DNA of 64,000 nt. It comes from a virus. Under the pieces are notes generated by a model, which saw only the letters and a program-made list of their open reading frames with translations, was not told the origin of the DNA and searched no databases. The position numbers and the translations under genes were made by a program. The DNA lies in the IMG/VR virus record IMGVR_UViG_3300027861_000010. The stretch is one strand, 5' to 3'. Positions 17,858 to 28,700 of the stretch are shown one piece after another (the stretch's first letter is position 1; every line of letters starts with the position of its first letter).

Positions 17858-20689
17858 ATGGCGACTTATGTTCTACCACAAGTCCTGGTATTTCAGGACT
17901 TCACCACGCAGCCCGCTGTGGCTGCAAACCCGCTCTCAGCTCACATTGCTGGCGGGCATGCTTATCTGGTTCGCGAAAGCGACGAGGATGAGCGTGAGTT
18001 TGGAAACCTTGGCCTGTACGACAACGCGTCGGATGCGGCCAGCCTTTGGCCCAATCGACCAGCCGGTGCAGAAGTCGATCAGACTTACACCAAGCTGTTC
18101 ATTGAGAACGCTTTGCTTCAGTACTTCACGGATGACGTGAGTGCAGGCAGTGCGATCACGGTTGAAGGCAGTAACAAGATCAGTTCGGACACGGTCAACT
18201 TTGCCAGCAACGGAGTTTACGCTCGCGATGCTGACTTGTACGACCGTGACGTGAAGGTCGGCGACGTGATCCGTGCCCGCGGTGTTCCTACGGGAACCGG
18301 AGCCACGGGCGGAGCGGTTACGCTCTGGACTTATGTCAAATCGTTGGTCGCTGATACGATTGCGGCAGTTGTGGCTGCGGCTACTGCTGATGCATCGAAT
18401 GCGGCAACGCAGAGTTTCAGCGAGTCGATTTCGCAGACTGGTGGAGCTGAAAACTGTGTCACGGCTACTGTGACCGGTTCTGGTTACGATGGACTGCCCG
18501 ACGGACAGGTCAGCGAAACCTACACCATTACCGTTCTGGACGGTTCGGTGGCCAGCGATTATACCACTGCTCGTCTGCGGGTTACTTCGGCCAGTGGAAC
18601 TGACGACGTGGCGGAAGTCACTCCAGCTGCTTCAGGTTCGCCAACGGCAATCGGTACTCGCGGCTTGACTGTCACGTTTGCTGACGACGACACCGCGGCT
18701 TGCTCGTTGTCAGCTGACAACGACGTGGTCAGCTACAATGACCTGATCGCTGGTCAGGAATTTACTGCCACGGTCGCTCAGGACTTCACCGTCACTGCTG
18801 CTACTTCCGGCGGTACGTACGCGAAGTCTGGCGACACGACTTACATCGTGACCGTCAGTAAGGGTGGAACATTCGCCGCCAGTCCTGAGATCACAATCTC
18901 AACTACCAACGGTATCGACCAGAGTGGTCCACATATCGTTACCGGACTGACAACTGATGTAACCATCGGTACGGAAGCTGTCACTATTCAATTCTCCGGT
19001 TCAACCCAGGGCTTGAACAAAGGCGATCGCTTCTACGTCGACGTTACCGGTACCTCTTCGGGTCCGATCCGTACGATTGAGTTGGGAATCAACCTCGATG
19101 AAACGTACGAACTCAGTGTTGATGAAGTCGGCATCGAGCTTTACATCCGCAAGCCGTTGCTCGAGGTTTCGGCCAATCGTACTGGCATGGCTCCTCTGAC
19201 CAACTGGGAACAGTCGGAAACGGAGATCACGGTCAAAGCCAATATCTCGGCCTACGATGCCTCGTGGACCGACGGCGGTGTGCCATTGTCTTTGGATGTG
19301 TACTCGTCTGCTGACCTCGACTACGGTGTGGTCTACGTGGAGTATCGAGCCTGGTTGGCCGATCTCTGCAACAAGATCAACAGCATCTCGGATGTTGCTA
19401 ACATTGACGACATCGCTGGTTCGCTTACGCCTGATAACCCACTGAAGTGGGGCGTCTTCAAGGCTCTGTCCAACAGCAACGGTACTCCCGTTCTGTACAC
19501 GGCAGTTTGTGGCCCAGACGATCCTGACAACTGGGATGAGGTGTTTGACATTCTGCTGACGCGGGATGACGCCTACAACCTGGTGCCTCTGACCCGTAAT
19601 GCAACGGTCTTGGGGCTGTATCAGGCTCACGTCAACAGTGCTTCGGCAGCGACTGAAGGGTTGTGGCGAGTCGCCTGGTTCAACCTGTCCGGCGTACCGG
19701 AGATTCCTATCGTTTCGGCTGGTTCTACAGTGGTTAACCACCTGTTGGCCACGACCACGGACGGCGGAGAAGCTCTGGCAGTCTTCGAGGATGATCCTGA
19801 GACTGCCGGTACGCAGTACACGATCTGTCGTGTGCCCGCTGCCAATTCAGGGTTCGTCACCAATAACGTTCGTGCCGGTGACATCGTCCGCGGACTTTAC
19901 ACTGGTGACGGCTTCGGCAATTTCACCTACAGCGAGTTCGTTGTGGATGAGGTTCAGTCGGAGAACCAGATTCGCGTCAAGACTGGTCCTTCTGCTCCGC
20001 AGTCGGTCCCAGCCAAGATCGAAATCTGGCGAAACCTGTCCGCAGGTGAAGAAGCTGTCGAAATCGGCAGGAATGCTGGTGCTTGGAACGATCGCCGAAT
20101 CCGTGCCACCTGGCCTGATTTGATTGAATCGTCCGGCACAATCCAGGAAGGCTACCACATGAACGCAGCCCTCGCCGGGTTGTCTTCTGCGGTTCTGCCT
20201 CACCAAGGTCTGACGCACGTTGAACTGGCTGGATTCTCGGCTACTCAGCGTACCAACGACAAGTTTAACAAGCCTCAGCTTGATTCCATGGCTGTTACCG
20301 GCGTCTGGATCGTTCAGCAGCAGCTGGACGGTGAGATCTTCACTCGTCACGCTGTGACGACTGGTGATTACGAAGACATCAATCAGCGGGAAGAGATGCT
20401 GACTCGAAACGTGGATAGCATCAGCTATCGCTTCAGGGATTACTTCGAGCCATTCATCGGTGTGACTAACGTCACTCCGTCGATGCGAGACGTGATTCTC
20501 GGAGGCATGAACAAACTGATTCGGGTGTTGAAGACCGAGCGAGTGACTGTCCAGCTGGGCGGGCAGTTGATCGACGCAACAATCGACCGGTTCTTCGTGT
20601 CTGAGATCTTCAAGGATCGTTACGTCGCTTACATCATTTTGGAAGTGCCGTACGCTTTGAACAACATCGAACTGCACCTTGTGGTTTGA
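17858..20689 (+). CDS. Contractile tail sheath protein (enlarged, 943 aa)
   Basis: N-terminus YVLPQVLVFQ, C-terminus FEPFIGVTNVT...LEVPYALNNIELHL is sheath-like; followed by a tube-sized gene. Confidence 0.85.
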   Translation: MATYVLPQVLVFQDFTTQPAVAANPLSAHIAGGHAYLVRESDEDEREFGNLGLYDNASDAASLWPNRPAGAEVDQTYTKLFIENALLQYFTDDVSAGSAITVEGSNKISSDTVNFASNGVYARDADLYDRDVKVGDVIRARGVPTGTGATGGAVTLWTYVKSLVADTIAAVVAAATADASNAATQSFSESISQTGGAENCVTATVTGSGYDGLPDGQVSETYTITVLDGSVASDYTTARLRVTSASGTDDVAEVTPAASGSPTAIGTRGLTVTFADDDTAACSLSADNDVVSYNDLIAGQEFTATVAQDFTVTAATSGGTYAKSGDTTYIVTVSKGGTFAASPEITISTTNGIDQSGPHIVTGLTTDVTIGTEAVTIQFSGSTQGLNKGDRFYVDVTGTSSGPIRTIELGINLDETYELSVDEVGIELYIRKPLLEVSANRTGMAPLTNWEQSETEITVKANISAYDASWTDGGVPLSLDVYSSADLDYGVVYVEYRAWLADLCNKINSISDVANIDDIAGSLTPDNPLKWGVFKALSNSNGTPVLYTAVCGPDDPDNWDEVFDILLTRDDAYNLVPLTRNATVLGLYQAHVNSASAATEGLWRVAWFNLSGVPEIPIVSAGSTVVNHLLATTTDGGEALAVFEDDPETAGTQYTICRVPAANSGFVTNNVRAGDIVRGLYTGDGFGNFTYSEFVVDEVQSENQIRVKTGPSAPQSVPAKIEIWRNLSAGEEAVEIGRNAGAWNDRRIRATWPDLIESSGTIQEGYHMNAALAGLSSAVLPHQGLTHVELAGFSATQRTNDKFNKPQLDSMAVTGVWIVQQQLDGEIFTRHAVTTGDYEDINQREEMLTRNVDSISYRFRDYFEPFIGVTNVTPSMRDVILGGMNKLIRVLKTERVTVQLGGQLIDATIDRFFVSEIFKDRYVAYIILEVPYALNNIELHLVV

Positions 20690-20699
20690 TGCAAGCCAT

Positions 20700-20734
20700 G
20701 TAACCAGGGGCAAGCCAGCCCCTGGTTACTTTTT
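20700..20734 (+). terminator. Intrinsic terminator between sheath and tube
   Basis: GTAACCAGGGGC-aagcca-GCCCCTGGTTAC followed by TTTTT. Confidence 0.75.
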
Positions 20735-20795
20735 CCTTTGCGACAAAACGTCTGCGGGTGGCTCCGCGACTTAATCCGAATCAAGGAGTGATTCC

Positions 20796-21344
20796 ATGCC
20801 TAGTGTTTATTCAAGACAGCAAACTGGTTTTGGTGGCTCGTTTGCCTCCGACCTTGCTGCACTTACCATTGCGGGAAGCGTGACGCCTTTGGGCATCGTG
20901 CAGAACGTACAAGTTCAGTTCTCTCAGCAAATCGCTCGCATCTATGACGTCTCCAATGGCGGCACGGCGGGAGCAGCTGGCGGACTGGTTCCAGTTTTCT
21001 ACGTTGGTGGTCGAACTCAGGGGCAGGCAACCATTGCTCGCGTCCTGGGTCCGCAGTCGGGTGCTCTCTGCAACTTTTACGCAGAGATGGGCAACGTCTG
21101 TTCTCCACAAGATTTGACATTCACATTCAGCGGCGGTTGTGGTTCTTCAGGTGAGGGTGCAAGCCCGACCGAGCAGATTGATATTACGAACGCAACTGGC
21201 CCTGGCAACTTCAAGTCGGTAGCTTATACCATTGAAGCGGCGGTGATGACGAACTTGGGGATCCAGGTCGGTTCTCAGGACATGATCGTGAATGAAAACA
21301 TTTCGCTCATGTTTGCCAACCTCAAGTGCGAAGAAATCGCCTAA
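20796..21344 (+). CDS. Tail tube protein
   Basis: 182 aa directly after the sheath, SD AAGGAG, beta-rich (IVQNVQVQFSQQIARIYDV). Confidence 0.75.
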   Translation: MPSVYSRQQTGFGGSFASDLAALTIAGSVTPLGIVQNVQVQFSQQIARIYDVSNGGTAGAAGGLVPVFYVGGRTQGQATIARVLGPQSGALCNFYAEMGNVCSPQDLTFTFSGGCGSSGEGASPTEQIDITNATGPGNFKSVAYTIEAAVMTNLGIQVGSQDMIVNENISLMFANLKCEEIA

Positions 21345-21387
21345 CCAGGCAACACGAATCTGGCGATTCAAATTCCGGATTTTAACG

Positions 21388-21424
21388 AGGCTGGCCTGGC
21401 CCTACGCCGGGCCAGCCTTTTTTT
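21388..21424 (+). terminator. Intrinsic terminator after the tube gene
   Basis: AGGCTGGCCTGGC-cctac-GCCGGGCCAGCCT followed by a T run. Confidence 0.8.
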
Positions 21425-21462
21425 GGGTCTTGAACCCCTAAACGCACCGTAAGGTGAGATAC

Positions 21463-24249
21463 ATGCCAGTGAACCACGGTGCAAGCACCGATAGTAGGCC
21501 CGCGGTCTACAATGAAAAATCGACAGGAGTTTCTCCGAGCGATCAAGGACCTTTATCGGACCTGCAGACGCAACAGGAAGCTCAGCCGGTACTCGCACAG
21601 CAGAATGCTGGCGACCAGGCCAGTGATACGCACCACACGGCAGCTAATCAAGCCAATTCGCTTCAAGCCGACACTCCAATCCGAATGGGACGTGTCCTTC
21701 TCGCTCTCCCGTATGTCCACTGCTACAAGGTCCAACTGAGCGGACGCCAGGGAACTTGCATTGCCTCAGCCACGGCCCGCGAATCTCACATGCCGTTGGG
21801 CGTCAAAGCTGGCGAGGTCATTCCGCCGAACTCAACGGTTCTGGTTTGGAAGCCAAACACCGGGACGTTGTCCTACATCCTCGCGGTGATTCCAACTCCG
21901 ACGATGCATGATGACTTCAACGCGTCGGACCATCTCCAGCAAGGCGGCAACTCCGGCCCGAAGAAGGTAGAAGCCTACCGCAATATCGTTAAATCCACCA
22001 AGAATGCTCATGGTTGGGTGCCTCAATCATCAGGACGCCCAATGGATGGGCTCATTGGTGAATACTCTCGCATGTCAGAAACAGGCATTGGCCTGCTGAT
22101 CGACTCATTCCAAGCTTATCTTCGCGTCAATGAAGTCTGTGGTCTCTGGCTCAACTACTTCGATAACTACGCCAAGCTGGCTGCCCTCTCGTTGCAGGTG
22201 ATGTCGTATTGCGAACACAACATGCAGATGTACGACGAGGGTGAGCTGTTCTCGATGAAAGGTTACGCCACGTACCCCTGGGAAGCCACCGGGATGTACA
22301 GCGATGGCGAGAAGTTCTCCAAGACCAACGGAGCTGAAGAGGTCCAACTGGATAAGCAGTTTCCTTTTGCTCTTGAAGACATCGAAGATCACGCCCAAAC
22401 GCCGGTTTATCGGCTGACGGAATATACTGGTTACCTTGGGCAGGGCTTCAATCGCACGCTGATGAAGCCAGCCAAGGAGTCCGGCAAGCGGCTGCTTACG
22501 GACGAAGACAAAGATGTCGGGCTATTCCAGGAGTTGCTGGCCTTGGACGGCGGATATTCAATTCGCTCCGCCAAGCAGGTCACGATTGCCAAGTATCCTC
22601 TGATTCCAAACCCGCGACGAAAGCGGCAGGTTGAGGACGCTAAAGGCGACGACCTGACCGAAGAGAATGATTATCGTTTCAGCGGCAAGTTCGGCGGCGG
22701 CGATCAGCACAAAGTCAAAGAGTGGCAAGATGGTGACGTCTCTGAGTTGAAGAACCTGATGCGTCCGTCCGGCGTGCAGGATCTAATGGCTCACCATTAC
22801 AACTGGAAGTCAACGCACCCATTCGAGTACCACACGAAAGATTACGAGTACCCTGAGGAGGACGAGGGAAAACTTAGTTCGGTCAAGTTCTATCGTGGCA
22901 ACTTCGGACAATCCTACGTCGAAGTCGGCCCCGAGAGTCAACTAAAGATCGACGACAGGTACGACAACGTCAACTACTACAACACTGCTTCGTTCTTTTC
23001 GCTCACGGAAGACGGCAGTGTCGTCATTGGCGACGGGTACGGGTCTCAGATCACCATGACGGGCGGGCAAATTCGGCTCGAGGCCGGTGGTGACGTGATG
23101 TTGATGTCCGGTTCCCGGGTAGTGGCTCTAGGTAAAGAAGCTCTTGTTCGGGCCAAAGGTAGTGTCGACATTTCTTCCAGCGACAAAGATGTCCGCATCA
23201 AAGCTGAGAAGAACTTACAGATGCTGGGAGCCAACAGCGGCAGCGGCGGAGTGCTTATCGAGTCGAAAGGGAAAGGTACATCCCAGGATTACGATCAAAA
23301 GATCGGTGAAGAAGTTAATGCGTCCGGCATCGTGTTACTGTCCCGCGGCGGCAGCGTTAGCACTATGACCAAGACCATCTATCTTCGCAGTGGTGTAGAT
23401 GAAGGTAATGCCGAATCTACAGGAAATATCATCGTTGACTGTGCCAATGGTCGATCGAACCTGGTGTCGTACGCCAACGCCCACGCATTTTTCAATAGGC
23501 AAGGGCTGGGTATTTGGCACCAACCGCAGGGCCAAGACGACATCAACATCGACAAGTCGCACTTCTTCGGGCCATCGTTTGCCAAGATCAACGGACCTAC
23601 GGTGATGTCGAAGGACGTGGTAATCTGCGAGAGGGGAAGTCTTGGTGTTGATCGTAACATCTTTGCCAAGGGAAACATATTCGCCTTGAAGTCGATGGCC
23701 TGTAAGGACGGCTCGGTTGGAGACAGTTCAACAAATAACATTCCAGAAGACGTTAACAACTTCATTGATGAATCATGCAAATTCGCTGAAGGTGTTACTG
23801 AGTTTGGCTTGCCGTTCTTTGAGCATTACACGAGCTTCATTTGGATAGACAAGCAACCAGGCAATACCGATTTGTTGAACGACCACATAGGATTCTCCTA
23901 CCGGGATAAAAGTTCGGAGGGGGATACGGTGTATGACTACCAGTCGGAGAAGTTCTTTTTACTCGAAACTCGATGGCAACAGCTCGGACGTACGGGATTG
24001 GTATCAGGTGGGGGAGAAACTTGGACCGAGAAACCAGTAGAATACCAAGGCAACGAACTGTATCCCTGGCCTGGCAAGAAAAACTGGGTCGACCGGGATG
24101 CGTTGCTTCAGTATGAGAATCAAGGAGGATTTCTGTTGTTTGACACAGGCGGTTTCGCCAAAAGTCGTGAGGATACTCGCGAAGATTACGAAGAACCAAA
24201 GTTCAGTGACTGGAAGAAAGATCCATGTGACTCAACTTACAAGCTGTAA
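21463..24249 (+). CDS. Baseplate central spike (gp5/VgrG-like), 928 aa
   Basis: OB-fold-like segment (RMGRVL...YKVQL...IPPNSTVLV) and beta-helix repeats (FSLTEDGSVVIGDGYGSQITMTGGQIRLEAGGDV...VDISSSDKDVRIKAEKNL). Confidence 0.65.
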   Translation: MPVNHGASTDSRPAVYNEKSTGVSPSDQGPLSDLQTQQEAQPVLAQQNAGDQASDTHHTAANQANSLQADTPIRMGRVLLALPYVHCYKVQLSGRQGTCIASATARESHMPLGVKAGEVIPPNSTVLVWKPNTGTLSYILAVIPTPTMHDDFNASDHLQQGGNSGPKKVEAYRNIVKSTKNAHGWVPQSSGRPMDGLIGEYSRMSETGIGLLIDSFQAYLRVNEVCGLWLNYFDNYAKLAALSLQVMSYCEHNMQMYDEGELFSMKGYATYPWEATGMYSDGEKFSKTNGAEEVQLDKQFPFALEDIEDHAQTPVYRLTEYTGYLGQGFNRTLMKPAKESGKRLLTDEDKDVGLFQELLALDGGYSIRSAKQVTIAKYPLIPNPRRKRQVEDAKGDDLTEENDYRFSGKFGGGDQHKVKEWQDGDVSELKNLMRPSGVQDLMAHHYNWKSTHPFEYHTKDYEYPEEDEGKLSSVKFYRGNFGQSYVEVGPESQLKIDDRYDNVNYYNTASFFSLTEDGSVVIGDGYGSQITMTGGQIRLEAGGDVMLMSGSRVVALGKEALVRAKGSVDISSSDKDVRIKAEKNLQMLGANSGSGGVLIESKGKGTSQDYDQKIGEEVNASGIVLLSRGGSVSTMTKTIYLRSGVDEGNAESTGNIIVDCANGRSNLVSYANAHAFFNRQGLGIWHQPQGQDDINIDKSHFFGPSFAKINGPTVMSKDVVICERGSLGVDRNIFAKGNIFALKSMACKDGSVGDSSTNNIPEDVNNFIDESCKFAEGVTEFGLPFFEHYTSFIWIDKQPGNTDLLNDHIGFSYRDKSSEGDTVYDYQSEKFFLLETRWQQLGRTGLVSGGGETWTEKPVEYQGNELYPWPGKKNWVDRDALLQYENQGGFLLFDTGGFAKSREDTREDYEEPKFSDWKKDPCDSTYKL

Positions 24250-24257
24250 GGAACCTT

Positions 24258-25196
24258 ATGATTGATCCAAACAAGATGTCCGATGAAGAGCGGAAAGTCT
24301 TGGAGGAAGTTGCCAAGGCCAAAGGTCAGACGCTTGAAGAGGCGTTGATTGACCTCGGTCATGCTATTACTCCTGCCCAAGACGAAACCGTTTCTCTCGA
24401 AGGACAATCTCAACCGGAGCCATTGGCCGCTCCTGTCATGGTTGAAGAGCCGATCGCTGTTGTCGAAGCTGATAACGCGGTAGCGGACAAGGACCTGACA
24501 ATTGAAGTGACTCCCGACGTCGATCCGCCCATGCCTCCAGCGGCAGAGGATGATGAACCGGAAGTAGAAGAGGAAGCTGAGGAGCCAGAAGATGAAGGCT
24601 TCGGCACCATCAAGCAGGTCTGCGTGCAGTGCGGTTGGGACCAGGATGAGCCTACGATTCCTGAACCAGAGCACAAAGATAAGATCGGTTTTCTGCAGTC
24701 TGTGTTAGGGCACAAGGTCTTCAGCAAGCGTTACTCTATGTTCGGTGGTAACCTTCGTGTTACCTTCCGATCCCTGACTGTTCGGGAAATCGACACGCTT
24801 TATCAGGAAGCTTTCCGAGCTCAAAAGGAAGGTCTGATTGCAACACCTGCCGACTATTACGAATACCTGAACCGGTTGCGGCTGTATCTGCAGATTCAGG
24901 GTTTCTCTGCTCAGTCGACGTCGCTTCACATTAAGTTGCCGGATGGGTTGTCGGAAGATACGCATCAAGGTGCGGCTTCTTACTGGGAACCGTTTCTGCA
25001 GAAAGCCAGCAAACTAAAAGAGGACGTACCGCTTATTAAACAAATTGAGGACTACGTGGTTGAGGAAGTCCTCAAGACTGAACATTTACAGCGAACCATC
25101 ACCCACGAATGCTCGAAGTTCAACAAGCTCGTAGCAAAATTGGAGGCCGCAGTAGACAATCCGGATTTTTGGAAAGAGACCGAGCAGCCGTCTTGA
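24258..25196 (+). CDS. Tail assembly chaperone (G-like) with acidic N-terminal extension and CxxC
   Basis: Upstream of the tape measure; VTFRSLTVREID motif; overlapping -1 frame ORF downstream. Confidence 0.65.
   Translation: MIDPNKMSDEERKVLEEVAKAKGQTLEEALIDLGHAITPAQDETVSLEGQSQPEPLAAPVMVEEPIAVVEADNAVADKDLTIEVTPDVDPPMPPAAEDDEPEVEEEAEEPEDEGFGTIKQVCVQCGWDQDEPTIPEPEHKDKIGFLQSVLGHKVFSKRYSMFGGNLRVTFRSLTVREIDTLYQEAFRAQKEGLIATPADYYEYLNRLRLYLQIQGFSAQSTSLHIKLPDGLSEDTHQGAASYWEPFLQKASKLKEDVPLIKQIEDYVVEEVLKTEHLQRTITHECSKFNKLVAKLEAAVDNPDFWKETEQPS
25163..25169 (+). promoter_or_regulatory. Candidate -1 programmed frameshift heptamer G GAT TTT
   Basis: In the chaperone frame the codons read CCG GAT TTT TGG. 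The -1 frame is open to 25702 and has no good start codon nearby. Confidence 0.6.
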
Positions 25197-25702
25197 CCCT
25201 TAGGTCGGCTGTGCGAGGTGTGGTGGATTACACCAAGACCGACCAGCACAATCCGACCTGGTGGAAACATTGGCGGTTTTTGATTCGAGCCATGGATGAT
25301 GCAGAATACGGTGATCTGCTACAACGGGCTTTCGAGTTTCAATTGGCTTTGGTCTCCAACCCCAGAATTTCAGCAGATGACTTCACCGCAACACAACGAG
25401 AAGCAAAGGAGATCTTTAGGGACATAGAGGGTGCGTTGCGGCCTTGGTTGGGACGTACAAAAGAAGACCGTAAAGCGGAAGAAACTAAGACTTTCAAGCA
25501 ACAGTGGGAAGAACTCGCCGGTTGGAGCATTGATGACAAAGATGCAATGGACGAGTGGGCTCAGGAGATTAAGCAACACACTGATGCTAAGCAGCAGGAA
25601 CGACTCAAGGATGAGCAAGAGGAAATGAATCGTCAAAGCTCATTCCACGCGAAGATTGAAGCTGTGAGACAGAAACGGCTCAAACAGCAAGGACGCAAAT
25701 AA
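25163..25702 (+). CDS. Tail assembly chaperone frameshift extension (GT-like)
   Basis: -1 frame ORF overlapping the chaperone end and abutting the tape measure start. Confidence 0.6.
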   Translation, partial: GFLERDRAAVLTLRSAVRGVVDYTKTDQHNPTWWKHWRFLIRAMDDAEYGDLLQRAFEFQLALVSNPRISADDFTATQREAKEIFRDIEGALRPWLGRTKEDRKAEETKTFKQQWEELAGWSIDDKDAMDEWAQEIKQHTDAKQQERLKDEQEEMNRQSSFHAKIEAVRQKRLKQQGRK

Positions 25703-28700
25703 ATGGACCCGATGCAACTACAATTGATGCAGCAAATGGGGCTGGGCCAAGTTCCAGGCATTCCCGGTATGCAAGCACCGCTCAGTGCGGGTGGTGCTGG
25801 TCAGTTGGCGATGATGTCGCAACCTGGAATGAGTCCGTACGCTCCTGCAATCGCAGGCAATGCGTTTCCTGATGTGTCGCCTTTGGCTCCCCTTCAACCC
25901 CAGCTGCAACAGTTTGGAATGATTGGGATGCTTGGAGGCATCGCCGGAAATGCGTACCTGACGAGCATGATGAAAGAGAACGGTGTCTTGCCTATGGGTA
26001 ACGCCGGTTCTTACATGCAGGCGTATCGGGCTCGCGAATTTCAACAGATGCAGCAAGCCGTGGGTCAACAAGTTGCCGGACAAGATTCCGAGAGCTTTTA
26101 CCGTACGTTCCGCGGCATGGCTGCCATGACAGGTATGCCCTTCAACAGGGAACAGCGGAGTGCTGCTCGCGGCTTGGCTAACACCATGGCCGAATACGGC
26201 CCGATGTTGGCGATGGCTGCTCCTGGATTGCTTGACGCCTTTGCTGGAGAGCGTGGAAGTGTCCAGGCCATGTCAGCTCAAATGATGGAGGCCAACCGTT
26301 ATCGGATGGATCCACTGACAGGCCGTATGGGTTACGGCACTGAGGCTAACGCTGACCTGGTGAACAACGTCTTCGAGACTATGTTCGACGAAGATAATAT
26401 GGCCCGAATGCAGGGGATGCGAGCAGGCGATATGGGTCAGCTGTATCGTCGCCTAGCTGGAGAAGGGTTGGCTGGTCCTCGCGGCAGCACTCAAGACCGC
26501 ACACTGTTGGCGTTGAATGCGGCCCGAGGTGCGGGTGAGCTTGAGGCTATCGGGGAAGAGGCCGGAGTCAACGTTGACGGCAACTTGGCAGCACTTTCCA
26601 GTGAAGACCTAACAAAGCTGCGGCAAACCAATTCAATGCGGCAACGGATGTCCGACTCCGATGCCCGACAAGTCTCGGACCAACTCCAGGACTATGTCGG
26701 TACGTTGTCGGCAATGCGTGAGGTGTTCGGAGAAAACGGTAATCCTAATGCTCCGATTCCGCAGTTGATCAATGCCTTGGAGTCACTGACCTCTGGTCAG
26801 ATGCATAAATTCGACGCGTCCCGCCTGAATACAATGGTTCGCGACATGCAGTCATTGTCTCAGATGTCTGGCAAGAGTGTTGATCAGATCCTGGCTATGA
26901 ATCAGACGGCTGCGGCCCAGGGTCACCAGTTCGGGCTAGGCACTACGTTTGCCCCAACCGCAACAAACGTCGGCTTACTCACTGGAATGGCTTTCCAACA
27001 GGAAGGCGGAGCGACAGGCTTCGGAGCTTTGAACCGGGAAGGTGCCGAACAAGCTGCGATGAGCTATTTCAATCGCGGTATGGCGTCAGAGATGGCCAAC
27101 ACGTTAGGAGCCCTTGGTCGCATCGAAGAGGCCGGGGGTTTTGCCGACAACGACGCCGGTCGCCGGTTGAGTGCCGTCATGGAAGCGGCCCGGGCGGGCG
27201 AGTCGACCTATATCGACCCCAATACAGGTACTGAGCGAGCTTTGCCGACCAAGGAAGCCGAGTTTCGGTCGTTCATTACTGCTGACGCTGTACCTGGGAT
27301 GAACCGGGCCAGCTTCAACATGATGTTGGCAGATCGTACGTCGAACCTTCGGATGCTAAATGAAGATCCGGAACTGCAACAGGCTGCATTCAATAACCAG
27401 GCTCGGGATATCAATAAAAACATTGCTCGGCAGATCGGCAATCGTCTATCGAGTGAAGATGCTCTGATGGATTCAGGGCTGGATGCTCGGGGTCGCAATG
27501 CCGCAGCCAGAGCGATGGGTACAGCTGCCACCCAAGCACTGGGCGATTTGTCGCCGCAGGATGTGCAGAATGCAGGCGTACGGAATCGAGCAATCGCAGA
27601 TGCTTTGATGGTTGAAGCCGGTAACCAGGGCGTGGAGATGACCGATAAGGAAGCCTTGACGATGGCTGCCGGAGCATTTGGTCAAGCTGAGAATGGTGCT
27701 CGTCGCTTTGGCTTCGAGTCCTACACAGCTTTCTCGCAGGTCATGGGTGATAATGTTTCAGGCGTACGGGCAGAACGTGCAGCTCAAGCTCGAGCCCGAG
27801 CAGGGGTTAATGAAGCGTTGTCTGGAATGGGACCACGCGGCGGCATCATGGAGCGGTTCTTCAGTGCTGTCCAGAAACAGGGCGACCGCGGCAGCGAAGC
27901 TAACCTGGAAACACTTATCCAGGATATGTTCGGTGCAGACATGGACCAGGCCAAGGAACGCCTGATGCCAGAGTTACAAGCCGTGGCTGATCAAAAAGAA
28001 GAGATCGACAGAATGACAGCAGAAATCGACGGAGCAACGCCTGCTCGTCGTCGGGAACTGCAACGCGAAATTAAACAGAAGACCAAGGACCTCAATGCCC
28101 GTGTCGTTGAACTGCGAGACATCGGCATGGATATGGGTATCGGTGGCGGCGAAGAAGTCTTTAACCGTGAAGACCTCTATCGGGCAGAAGACGCCAGTCG
28201 GGACCTTGAGAACATCAACCGAAGTGACCAGGTGCGTTTGCTTGCTGCTTCAGGTTCTGTGTCGGATGCTGAGCGAATAGCTATCGCTGACGCTGATCTG
28301 ACTCGGGCTGACTACGAGGCACTTGCTGTCTCAGACCGTCAAAAACAATTGGAAGAAGCCGACACATTGTCCGCTGGCGATATCGAGAAGCTGCCAGACG
28401 AAGTTAAGTCGCTGTACGAGAAACTGAAAGGGCGTGGTGTCACCGAGAAAGCCGCTCGAGCTCGCGTTAAGGAAGTGATGCGGAGTCGGGTTGGCGGAAC
28501 CGAAGACATCGCTATCGGTCTGGCAAACACTTACGGCGACGAGATGAAGGCCGGTGGACTGAGTAAAGCAGAACAAGATATGTTGGTCAGAAACCGACGA
28601 GCTGGAATGCAGATCGCTCCAAGCGATGCTGACATCGAAGATCGTATGGATTCCATGCGGGAGGTGATGCAACTACCTGCCAACGAAGACATGACGAGCA

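Noticed and set aside
24618-24640. CVQC in the chaperone as a heme motif
   Set aside because: No following His and no signal peptide; at most a zinc ligand pair.
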